A DNA stretch of 37,074 bases from Gemmatimonadales bacterium. Lineage in GTDB: Bacteria; Gemmatimonadota; Gemmatimonadetes; Gemmatimonadales; GWC2-71-9. Made by a program: the position numbers and the translations under genes. Every line of letters starts with the position of its first letter. Positions within the stretch are counted from its first letter, which is position 1. Under the pieces are notes generated by a model, which worked only from the letters and a program-made list of their open reading frames with translations, did no database searches and was not told the DNA's origin. The DNA is taken from assembly GCA_038321865.1 (NCBI GenBank), contig JBBQFH010000031.1, forward strand, positions 1 to 37,074, in the 5' to 3' direction. Positions 7,793-15,375 of the stretch are shown here, piece after piece.

Positions 7793-10399
7793 TCAGCGCC
7801 CCCGCTTGCCGCGGCCGCGGGGGCCGCCGCCCTGGTGACGCTGCCGGTGGCCGCCCCCGCGGCGGGGACGGTCGTCGTCCCGCTCCGGGGCGGGTTGCCG
7901 GCGAAGCAGCGCCTGCAGTCCCTCGAGCGTGTCCGCCACCAGCGGCGGATGTGATCCGCGCCGGGCCGCGAAGACGACCGGTCGGTCGAGCGGCGGCAGC
8001 TCGCCGGCCCGAATGCGCCGGGCCTGGCCCTCTCGCATGGTCAGTCGCACCACCCCCTGGCCGCCGCGAATCTCGTAGTCGAGCGGCACGGCATCGCCCT
8101 TGATCCGGACGCTGGCGGGAAGCGCATCCAGTGGCTCGGCGATGGCAGGAGCCACCAGGGCGGACGGATCGAGTGCGATCCGAGCCCGGATGAAGCTCTC
8201 CCATCCGTTCACCCCCTCCGCCGCGAGCTGGCTGCGAACGAGCGCCCGCATCGCTCCCGATGCCGCGACCTCGAGCGTTCCGCCGGAGCGCCGCCACCAT
8301 TCGTCGAGACGCTCGAGCGAGCGGCGGAGCCGCCCCTGGTCGGGATGCACCGTCTCACCGGCGAGCAGCGCGTCGGTCAGTGCATCGAGCGCCGCTGGTA
8401 CCAGCGGTTCCGGGACTCGCCCCTCGACCACCTCCGTGTCACCGTCGAGCTCGAAGCCGAAATAGCTCAGCGTGCGGGTGATCGTGATCCGCTGGTGCTT
8501 GCGCGGCCCGCCGACTGCGAGACTGGCCGCGCCCCATTGCGCGTGCTCCCGGATGAGGTCGTAGGAGAGCGTCGTGCCCTCGATCGCCGCGCGCGGCGTC
8601 CCGAACCGGTCGGCGAAGAAGCGAAGATTCCCCGCGACCGCCCCCCAGCTGCCCGCGACCGACGTCTTCGAGACCCGCGCCTCCTGGCCCTCGGCGGTGT
8701 GCTCGTCGATCACGAGGTCGAACGGCATGTACTGCGCGAGCAGGTCGGCAAACAGCTTCCGGACCTCCTTGCCGGCGTAGGGCAGTGTCTTGGGCAGTGC
8801 CAGCTCCAGCGAGCGGTACACCGAGGCCAGGCCCAGCGCGGTGTCCTCGATCGCCTTGACCAGCACTCCGCGCCGCTCGGCCCATTCGGCCAGACCGTCC
8901 TCGAAAAGGTGCCGCGGCAGCCCGTAGACCGTGCCCAGGAATCCATGCTGGTTCACGGCTTCGGCGTACACGTTGTAAGCCGTAAGGTGATCGCTGCCGT
9001 TCACGATCAGCCCGTGCAGATCCCGCTCCTCGCGCGTCATGCGATGGAGCGAATCGATATTCGAGCAGACCGCAACCATGGGCACCAGGTCCGCCGAGGC
9101 GTGCACCAGGAGCTCTCCCCACTGCCGATCCACCGGCAGCGCCTCGACCTCACGCCCGTAGGGTGTCAGTCGCCCGTCCTCGACCAGTCCCCGCCGGGCC
9201 AGGGTGTCCACGGCCCGTCGGTACGCTATCCGGTCGAGGGGAACCGGCAGCTCGAGGTCCCGCGCGTCCACCCCGAGGGCCGCGCAGGTGATCGCCACCC
9301 GCTCCGCGTCGCCGGCAAGCTGGAACTCCGGCGGTGTCGGCCGCAGCTGCTCGAATACCAGCTCCCGGTCGCTGAGGATATACACCTCACCGCCCGCGAC
9401 GCGGCCATGCACCCGGCCGGCCATCTGGAGAATTTCGTTGGCGCCCAGGTAGAGTCGGTGCAGGACGTTCCGTCCCCGGTCCACCACGTTGCCGTACCGC
9501 GCGTCGTAGATGACGACCGTATCCAGGCCGCGCACATTCAGCGCCGATTGTCCGGCGGCCGTCATCGCGAGCAGCCAGGGGCGCTCGACCTCGCCCTCGA
9601 GAAAGGGACGGATGACACGAATCGGCTCGCCGCCGTGATAGAATGCGGTGGTCAGGCGCTTCCACTGCTCCCCCAGCGCGATGGCGAGCTTCTCCACTTC
9701 GGCGCGCGTCGGCACGAACACCGCAACGCCTCGTTTTTCCTTGATGATCTTGCGCATGAACTTTTCATCGAGAAACTCTTCCGGCCGCTGGGTCAGCACC
9801 TCGACCCGGGCCCGCAGCGCGGGATCGAACACCCGGGTCTCCAGCACCTCCGCACTGCCCAGGTACCGGGCGTAGAACGCGGGGTCCACGGTGGCGCTGA
9901 GCCAGATGAAGCGGCACCCGGCACGCTTGCCGAGCGCGAGGCAGAGCTCGAGCTCGGCCGAGGTCTGGTGGATCTCGTCCACGATGATCGTATCGCGGCC
10001 GGTGATGAGGTCGTCCTGGAACCAGCGGCGGGCGATTCCGGTCGTCACGATGACCACGTTCCACGTGGGCGTGTCCGGCGTTGCCTCCCGCTCACGATTG
10101 ACCACACCGACCCGCAGCGGCTCGCGCAGTATGGTCTCCGCGATCGGCCGGATGCCGAGGGTCTTGCCGGTGCCGGTGCCGGCCACGATGCCGAACGCCT
10201 TGCCCGCCGCGGCCCACTCCCGCAATTCGATCCCGTGCTCCCGTTCCAGTACGGTCTCCACGCGGAGGCCGAGCGCCAGCTCGATCGTCTCGCACGCCGC
10301 GCGGGTCGGGGCGATGACGATGATACGCCCTCTGGGAGGGGCGGCGTGACGGAAGGCGTCGGGATCGGGTGGGAGATGGTGGTCGCGGGACGGATGCAT
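7793..10399 (-). CDS. DEAH/RHA-like (HrpA/HrpB-related) SF2 helicase
   Basis: Walker A GTGTGKT, DEIH, SAT, VFVPTRAEV, QMAGRVHGR, HA2-like GRLTPYGR; basic C-terminal tail. Confidence 0.82.
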   Translation of the reverse strand: MHPSRDHHLPPDPDAFRHAAPPRGRIIVIAPTRAACETIELALGLRVETVLEREHGIELREWAAAGKAFGIVAGTGTGKTLGIRPIAETILREPLRVGVVNREREATPDTPTWNVVIVTTGIARRWFQDDLITGRDTIIVDEIHQTSAELELCLALGKRAGCRFIWLSATVDPAFYARYLGSAEVLETRVFDPALRARVEVLTQRPEEFLDEKFMRKIIKEKRGVAVFVPTRAEVEKLAIALGEQWKRLTTAFYHGGEPIRVIRPFLEGEVERPWLLAMTAAGQSALNVRGLDTVVIYDARYGNVVDRGRNVLHRLYLGANEILQMAGRVHGRVAGGEVYILSDRELVFEQLRPTPPEFQLAGDAERVAITCAALGVDARDLELPVPLDRIAYRRAVDTLARRGLVEDGRLTPYGREVEALPVDRQWGELLVHASADLVPMVAVCSNIDSLHRMTREERDLHGLIVNGSDHLTAYNVYAEAVNQHGFLGTVYGLPRHLFEDGLAEWAERRGVLVKAIEDTALGLASVYRSLELALPKTLPYAGKEVRKLFADLLAQYMPFDLVIDEHTAEGQEARVSKTSVAGSWGAVAGNLRFFADRFGTPRAAIEGTTLSYDLIREHAQWGAASLAVGGPRKHQRITITRTLSYFGFELDGDTEVVEGRVPEPLVPAALDALTDALLAGETVHPDQGRLRRSLERLDEWWRRSGGTLEVAASGAMRALVRSQLAAEGVNGWESFIRARIALDPSALVAPAIAEPLDALPASVRIKGDAVPLDYEIRGGQGVVRLTMREGQARRIRAGELPPLDRPVVFAARRGSHPPLVADTLEGLQALLRRQPAPERDDDRPRRGGGHRQRHQGGGPRGRGKRGR

Positions 10400-10432
10400 G
10401 GGGGGAATGAAGGAAGAACCCGGGGGAAACGC

Positions 10433-10469
10433 AAACGACCGGCCCCGCAGCGATTGCGGGGCCGGTCGT
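10433..10469 (-). terminator. Intrinsic terminator of the 10482-11081 gene
   Basis: 15-bp perfect stem ACGACCGGCCCCGCA / TGCGGGGCCGGTCGT with a 5-nt loop, followed on the - strand by a broken U-rich run. Confidence 0.75.
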
Positions 10470-10481
10470 CACCGGTGCGGC

Positions 10482-11081
10482 TCAACGATCGCGATAGTCT
10501 CGCTCGTCCCGCCGATCTCGATCATCGCGCCGATCGCGATCATCGCGGCCCCGGCGGTCATCTCCGCCGTTGCGGTCGTCCCGATCGCCGTAGCGGCCGC
10601 GGCCGTCGTCGTACCCACGGTCATCGCGGGAATACCGGTCGTCGCGGGAATACCGGTCGTCGCGACCGTAGCGGTTGTCGTTGTCATCCCAGTCGCGGTA
10701 GAGGCGCCCGCCCCGCTCGTAGACCACCACCTGCCTCACGTTGCGGCCGCGGTAGCGGTCATCCCAGCGGTCGTAGTAGCGGCCGTCCACGTTATAGACC
10801 GTGACCGGGCGATAGCCGTTGGACCGCCACCAGCCGTCGCTCATGCGGCCGTAGGCGTGGCCCCGGCCCCGGCCCTGGTTGCCGACGTTGATCCGGGCGA
10901 TCGCGACGACGCGCGGCCAGCTGCGCGTGGCCGCGGCGGCGCGGGCAGGCGTCATGTAGCTGATTGCGTAACGGCTGGGCGCGATCGGATTGCCCAGGAC
11001 AATGCGTTGAGCCTGCACGGAGGTCGGCATGGTGCCGAGCACGAGCGCAACGGCTGAGCCGACAAGAAATGAGGAGCGCAT
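10482..11081 (-). CDS. Secreted hypothetical protein with Arg/Asp-rich repetitive C-terminus
   Basis: GAGG SD then ATG 11081 (MRSSFLVGSAVALVLG...VQAQ signal peptide). The track start 11312 would cross the promoter and the adjacent gene. Confidence 0.72.
   Translation of the reverse strand: MRSSFLVGSAVALVLGTMPTSVQAQRIVLGNPIAPSRYAISYMTPARAAAATRSWPRVVAIARINVGNQGRGRGHAYGRMSDGWWRSNGYRPVTVYNVDGRYYDRWDDRYRGRNVRQVVVYERGGRLYRDWDDNDNRYGRDDRYSRDDRYSRDDRGYDDGRGRYGDRDDRNGGDDRRGRDDRDRRDDRDRRDERDYRDR
10485..10690 (-). repeat. Coding tandem repeats (18-bp RYSRDD units and RDDRDR units)
   Basis: gtcatcgcgggaataccg / gtcgtcgcgggaataccg / gtcgtcgcgaccgtagcg, plus degenerate copies. Confidence 0.75.
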
Positions 11082-11130
11082 ACGAACCTCGACGGAAAAG
11101 GAACACTGCGAGTGGTGCGCGTCTCGGCAT

Positions 11131-11146
11131 TGCGAACCGCGTGCCA
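11131..11146 (-). promoter_or_regulatory. sigma54 -24/-12 promoter
   Basis: TGGCACGCGGTTCGCA: GG-N10-GC, close to consensus TGGCACG-N4-TTGCW, 50 nt upstream of ATG 11081. Confidence 0.78.
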
Positions 11147-11197
11147 AATTGCTAAGTCCTTGCAAAATCAGGCCGATGCGGTGGGAGAGCCGGCGCG

Positions 11198-11249
11198 GTG
11201 TTCCAAAAACGGGACGTGCGAAGGCAGATGTGTTCCGAATTCGGAACAC
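11198..11249. promoter_or_regulatory. Two tandem enhancer-binding-protein sites (UAS)
   Basis: Perfect 20-bp palindrome GTGTTCCGAATTCGGAACAC (11230-11249) and degenerate copy GTGTTCCAAAAACGGGACGT (11198-11217), starts 32 bp apart. Confidence 0.62.
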
Positions 11250-11259
11250 TTGGCCGGTG

Positions 11260-11835
11260 CTATGCGCGGTACACGCCGGCTTCGGTGACGATGGCGTGAA
11301 CCGGGACGTCACTCGCGGTCATCGGGACCCCCTCGACCAGTTGGCACTCGAAGGCGAGCGCGATGAACGGTGTCCCAGGCCGGCTCGCGGCCAGCAGCCG
11401 GTCGTAGAACCCGCGGCCGTGGCCAAGGCGTCCGCCCTGCCGGTCGAAGGCGACGCCGGGTACGAGAAACAGGTCGATATCGGACGGCGCCACGTTCCGG
11501 GTGGCGTCTTCACGGATCACGGCCGGCGGCTCGAGCAACCCGAACGGCGCCGGCGCCAGCTCGGCCGGAGTCTCCAGCGCAAAGAGCCGAAGATCGGCTC
11601 CTGCGACCCACGGCACGGCGACCCGCTTGCCGTCGGCGAGCGCCGCCTCGAGGAGCGGGAGGGTCTCGACCTCGCTGCGGACACCGACGAACAGTGCGAT
11701 CGTGCGGGCACCGCCATACTCGGGCAGGCGGCGGACTCCCTCGGCGATTGCCCTCGAGCGCGTGGTGCGATCCGCCAGCGCATCGCGTCGCGCGAGCACC
11801 TCCGCACGCAACCGTGTCTTTTCCGGCACAGGCAC
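11260..11835 (-). CDS. fau: 5-formyltetrahydrofolate cyclo-ligase
   Basis: EVET, G.LEP, D..LVPGVAFDRQGGRLGHGRGFYDRLL and C-terminal DVPV..IVTE motifs. Confidence 0.93.
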   Translation of the reverse strand: MPVPEKTRLRAEVLARRDALADRTTRSRAIAEGVRRLPEYGGARTIALFVGVRSEVETLPLLEAALADGKRVAVPWVAGADLRLFALETPAELAPAPFGLLEPPAVIREDATRNVAPSDIDLFLVPGVAFDRQGGRLGHGRGFYDRLLAASRPGTPFIALAFECQLVEGVPMTASDVPVHAIVTEAGVYRA

Positions 11836-11869
11836 CTACCTTTCTGGCGACTTCGCGAGGAGCAGCCGC

Positions 11870-12361
11870 GTGCAGACGTTCCGGGTCTCGGTCAGCAAGG
11901 ACTATCTGGTCTTCGCCTCGGCCCATTTCATCACCTTCAAGGGCCACCACTGCGAGACGCTGCACGGTCACAATTACCGTGTCGGCATCGCGGTCGAAGG
12001 GGCGCTGGACGACGAAGTGCACTTCGTCGTGGACTTCAGCGTGCTGAAGCAGATCGTGCGCCGGCTGGTCGATGCCATCGACCACAAGGTGCTGCTCCCG
12101 CTGCGCAATCCCAAGCTGGAGATCACAGAAGGCGGCGGACTGGTGCACGTCGCCGTGCATGGCGAACCCCGATACGCGTTCCCGCGCGGCGACTGCGCGC
12201 TGCTCCCGATCCCGAACAGCACGGCCGAGCTCCTCGCGGAGTATCTCGGCGTGCAGGTACGTGAGGAGCTGGCCCAGCGCGGGATCTCGCAGCTCTCGCT
12301 GCTCGAGCTCGAGGTCGAGGAAAGTCCGGGCCAGGCGGCCATATTCCGGATCACGCTCTAA
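11870..12361 (+). CDS. 6-pyruvoyl-tetrahydropterin synthase family, CExxHGH (PTPS-I/III) type
   Basis: SD GAGGAG then GTG 11870. F.SAHF, CETLHGHNY, VVDF..LK, IDH, NSTAE.LA and VEE motifs. Confidence 0.9.
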   Translation: MQTFRVSVSKDYLVFASAHFITFKGHHCETLHGHNYRVGIAVEGALDDEVHFVVDFSVLKQIVRRLVDAIDHKVLLPLRNPKLEITEGGGLVHVAVHGEPRYAFPRGDCALLPIPNSTAELLAEYLGVQVREELAQRGISQLSLLELEVEESPGQAAIFRITL

Positions 12362-12391
12362 CACGCCCGTTCAAAGATAGGCTGGCGCATT

Positions 12392-12754
12392 ATGCCGAAG
12401 CCCGAAACGACCTATGCCGGCGCCGAGCTCTCGAAGCGGCTCAGCGCACTCGGCGGATGGACGGAGTCGACCGGCGCCATTCAGCGCACTTACGCCACCG
12501 ATGGTTGGCCGACGACGCTGATGCTGGTGAACGCCATTGGCTTTCTGGCCGAGGCGGCCGATCATCATCCTGATCTCGCGGTGAGCTGGGGCAAGGTGGT
12601 CGTCCGCCTCAACACGCACTCGGCCGGCGGGATCACCGACAAGGATCTCGAGCTCGCGCGCCTGATCGAGGATCGAGCGCTGTGGCGCGCCCACGGCGGC
12701 GCGCTGGCCGGCACGACCAAGAAGTGGGTCACCGCGGAGCCATCGGCGCCGTGA
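12392..12754 (+). CDS. Pterin-4-alpha-carbinolamine dehydratase (PCD/PcbD)
   Basis: Catalytic signature EAADHHPDLAVSW...THSAGGITDKD. Confidence 0.92.
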   Translation: MPKPETTYAGAELSKRLSALGGWTESTGAIQRTYATDGWPTTLMLVNAIGFLAEAADHHPDLAVSWGKVVVRLNTHSAGGITDKDLELARLIEDRALWRAHGGALAGTTKKWVTAEPSAP

Positions 12755-14181
12755 GGCCGGCGACGCCGCTCGCCAGGCGGCTCGCGACGGTGCCGGATCC
12801 ATTGGAGACCTACGCCCGCGTTTCCGGTCTTCCCTTCCCCATTCTGCTCGACAGCGCGGCCCGCGGGCCGATCGGTCGATACTCGTTCGTCACCGCTGAT
12901 CCCATCGCCGTCTTCCGGAGCCGCGGCGTGCGCACCGAGCGCCGTGCGCGCGGCACGACGGGGTGGCTGGACGTGCCCGGAGATGTTCTCACCGCCGTGG
13001 CCCGCGAGATCGGCGGATTCACCGCTGCCGCCCTGCCCGGCGTGCCGCCGTTCCAGGGTGGCGCTGCGGGGTATGTCGGATATGAATGGGGTGGCACTCT
13101 CGAACGGGTGCCGCTGCCGGGCTACGACGATCTCCAGCTCCCGGACGTCGTGCTCGGGTGCTATGACTGGGTCATCGCATGGGATCACGAACTCGCCACG
13201 GCGTGGATCGTCTCGGCCGGGTTCGGGCAAGGGGACGCGGCCGCCCGTCTGGCCGAAGTGCATGCCCTCCTCTCACACTCCGCACCGACCCCGCGCGCGT
13301 CGCCCCCCGGCGGCAGCGCGCCGCGCCCAGCGTCGCACGCCGTTCCCGCCTTCGCTCCGCTGCCGGTGCAGTCCACATTCACGCCCGACGGGTATCGTGC
13401 TGCGGTCGAGCGTGTCCGGCAGTACATCCTGGCCGGCGACGTATTCCAGGTAAACGTGTCCCAGCGGTTCGAGTTGCGGGTCACCATGCCCGCGCTGGAG
13501 CTGTACCGGCGCATTCGTGCACGCCACCCCGCGCCGTTCGCAGCACTAATGGAAACTGAGGAGTGCGCGATCCTGAGTGCGTCCCCCGAAAGATTTCTCC
13601 GGCTCGACGGCCGGCGGGTGGAGGCGCGTCCCATCAAGGGGACCCGGCCCCGCGGCCACCGCCCCGCGGCGGACGACGCGCTCGCCGCCGAACTGCTCGC
13701 GAGCGGGAAGGACCGCGCCGAGAACGTGATGATCGTGGATCTGCTGCGGAACGACCTGTCGCGCGTCTGTCGCGCCGGTTCGGTGACCGTTCCGGAGCTC
13801 TGTGTCCTCGAGCGTCATCCGACGGTGCACCACCTGGTGTCCACCGTGACCGGCGAGCTGCGGGAAGGCGTCAACGGCACGGATCTCCTGCGCGCCGCAT
13901 TTCCCGGCGGATCGATCACCGGCGCCCCGAAGGTGCGGGCCATGCAGATCATCGCAGAGCTGGAACCGGTGCGCCGAGGCGTCTACTGCGGCGCCATCGG
14001 CTATCTCAGCGCGACCGGCGCGATGGACACCAGCATCGCCATCAGGACGGTGGTGCTGCAGGGCGACCGGGCCTGCCTCTCGGCCGGAGGCGGTGTCACG
14101 GCGCAGTCGGATCCGGCCGCCGAGTACCTGGAGACGCTGGACAAGGCGCGGGGACTGATCGCCGCGATGGGCGGCGCATGA
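12751..14181 (+). CDS. pabB: Aminodeoxychorismate synthase component I
   Basis: LLDSA..GRYS, GDVFQVN, SPERF, PIKGTRPR, KDRAENVMIVDLLRND, FPGGSITGAPK. GTGA overlap with the PCD stop. Confidence 0.9.
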   Translation: MRPATPLARRLATVPDPLETYARVSGLPFPILLDSAARGPIGRYSFVTADPIAVFRSRGVRTERRARGTTGWLDVPGDVLTAVAREIGGFTAAALPGVPPFQGGAAGYVGYEWGGTLERVPLPGYDDLQLPDVVLGCYDWVIAWDHELATAWIVSAGFGQGDAAARLAEVHALLSHSAPTPRASPPGGSAPRPASHAVPAFAPLPVQSTFTPDGYRAAVERVRQYILAGDVFQVNVSQRFELRVTMPALELYRRIRARHPAPFAALMETEECAILSASPERFLRLDGRRVEARPIKGTRPRGHRPAADDALAAELLASGKDRAENVMIVDLLRNDLSRVCRAGSVTVPELCVLERHPTVHHLVSTVTGELREGVNGTDLLRAAFPGGSITGAPKVRAMQIIAELEPVRRGVYCGAIGYLSATGAMDTSIAIRTVVLQGDRACLSAGGGVTAQSDPAAEYLETLDKARGLIAAMGGA

Positions 14182-14753
14182 TTCTACTAATCGACAACTA
14201 CGACTCGTTCGTGCACACGCTCGCGGCGTACGTGCGGGAGCTGGGCGGCGAGCCGCTGGTTCGCCGGCACGATGCCATCACGCTGGACGAGATCGCCGCG
14301 CTCGGACCGTCGCACATCATCATTTCACCCGGGCCGGGCGCTCCTGCCGATGCGGGGATCTCCACACCGGCGGTGCGGCGCTTCGGGGCCACCATCCCGA
14401 TGCTCGGCGTCTGCCTGGGGCACCAGTGCATCGCCGCCGCCTACGGCGGCCGGATCGTGCGCGGCCTCCAGCCGATGCACGGGCGCGCCTCGGCGATCAC
14501 GCATGACGGCACCGGGATCCTGGCCGGGCTGCCGGATCCGTTTCAGGCCGCACGCTATCACTCACTGGTGGTGGAGCGGGCCTCGTTGCCGGCGGAACTG
14601 CGGGTGACGGCGACAGCGGGCGACGGGGAAGTCATGGCCATCGCGCACGACCGCCATCCGGTCACCGGCGTGCAGTTTCATCCCGAGTCGGTGTTGAGCG
14701 ACCATGGCCACCAGCTGTTGCGGCAGTTCCTGTCGCTTTCCAGCCCGGTGTGA
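14178..14753 (+). CDS. pabA: Aminodeoxychorismate/anthranilate synthase component II (glutamine amidotransferase)
   Basis: MILLIDNYDSF, ISPGPG, GVCLGHQ, RYHSL, QFHPES. ATGA overlap with pabB. Confidence 0.92.
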   Translation: MILLIDNYDSFVHTLAAYVRELGGEPLVRRHDAITLDEIAALGPSHIIISPGPGAPADAGISTPAVRRFGATIPMLGVCLGHQCIAAAYGGRIVRGLQPMHGRASAITHDGTGILAGLPDPFQAARYHSLVVERASLPAELRVTATAGDGEVMAIAHDRHPVTGVQFHPESVLSDHGHQLLRQFLSLSSPV

Positions 14754-15375
14754 ATTCGGCTCTGCCCTGCTTCCCGCTCTCATAGATCGCGACACAGAGG
14801 GCGGCGATCCCGCCGCCGAGGAGCCAGCCGGCAAGCACGTCGGCGGCCCAATGACGGTCGAGGTACGACCGGCTCACGCCAACCATCAGCGGCACGCCGG
14901 CCGCGGCCGGAACAACCGCGCGCGGAGCGCCGAGCTGCTCGCGGAGCAGCACGTAGCCGATCATGAGCGACACCGCGGTGGCGCCGGTGGTATGTCCGCT
15001 GGGAAAGGCCGGCTGGTGGCGCCCGAAGACGGCTGCGCCCGGACGGCGCCGGCTGTGAAACACTGACTTGATGGCGTGATGCGCCACGAATGCCGCCACC
15101 GACGAGAGCGCGAGTGGCATCGCCGGCCCGAAACCGCGTCGCCGGTGCACCCACGTGGCGGCCAGCAGGGCGCCTGGCAGGTGGACGGGAGGAACGCCGG
15201 CCCAGGTGATCGCGCTGAACGCCGCTGTCGCCGGCGCCGACTGATGGCGCCGCATCCACCGGCGCGCCCGCCGGTCCATCTGCCAGGTGCGCCCGGACCG
15301 CACCGCGATGGAGAGCGCCGTCAGCGCGGCAAAGGCCGCGAGGCCACCGGCAAGCGCGGCGCGCCCACGCGTCAT
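14662..15375 (-). CDS. PAP2 family phosphatase (membrane)
   Basis: K....RRP, FPSGH and SRSYLDRHW..DV motifs. ATG 15375 in an ATGA overlap with the POP stop. Confidence 0.85.
   Translation of the reverse strand: MTRGRAALAGGLAAFAALTALSIAVRSGRTWQMDRRARRWMRRHQSAPATAAFSAITWAGVPPVHLPGALLAATWVHRRRGFGPAMPLALSSVAAFVAHHAIKSVFHSRRRPGAAVFGRHQPAFPSGHTTGATAVSLMIGYVLLREQLGAPRAVVPAAAGVPLMVGVSRSYLDRHWAADVLAGWLLGGGIAALCVAIYESGKQGRAEFTPGWKATGTAATAGGHGRSTPTRDETARR

Noticed and set aside
8345..10804. Long antisense ORFs (also 25251-27512, 29907-31778, 22523-24028 and others)
   Set aside because: Shadow ORFs expected from high-GC codon bias opposite well-supported genes; no motifs.
10398..11057. Very hydrophobic 219-aa + strand ORF (I/V/A/P-rich)
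   Set aside because: It is the antisense mirror of the R/D repeats. The promoter, SD, signal peptide and terminator all support the - strand gene.
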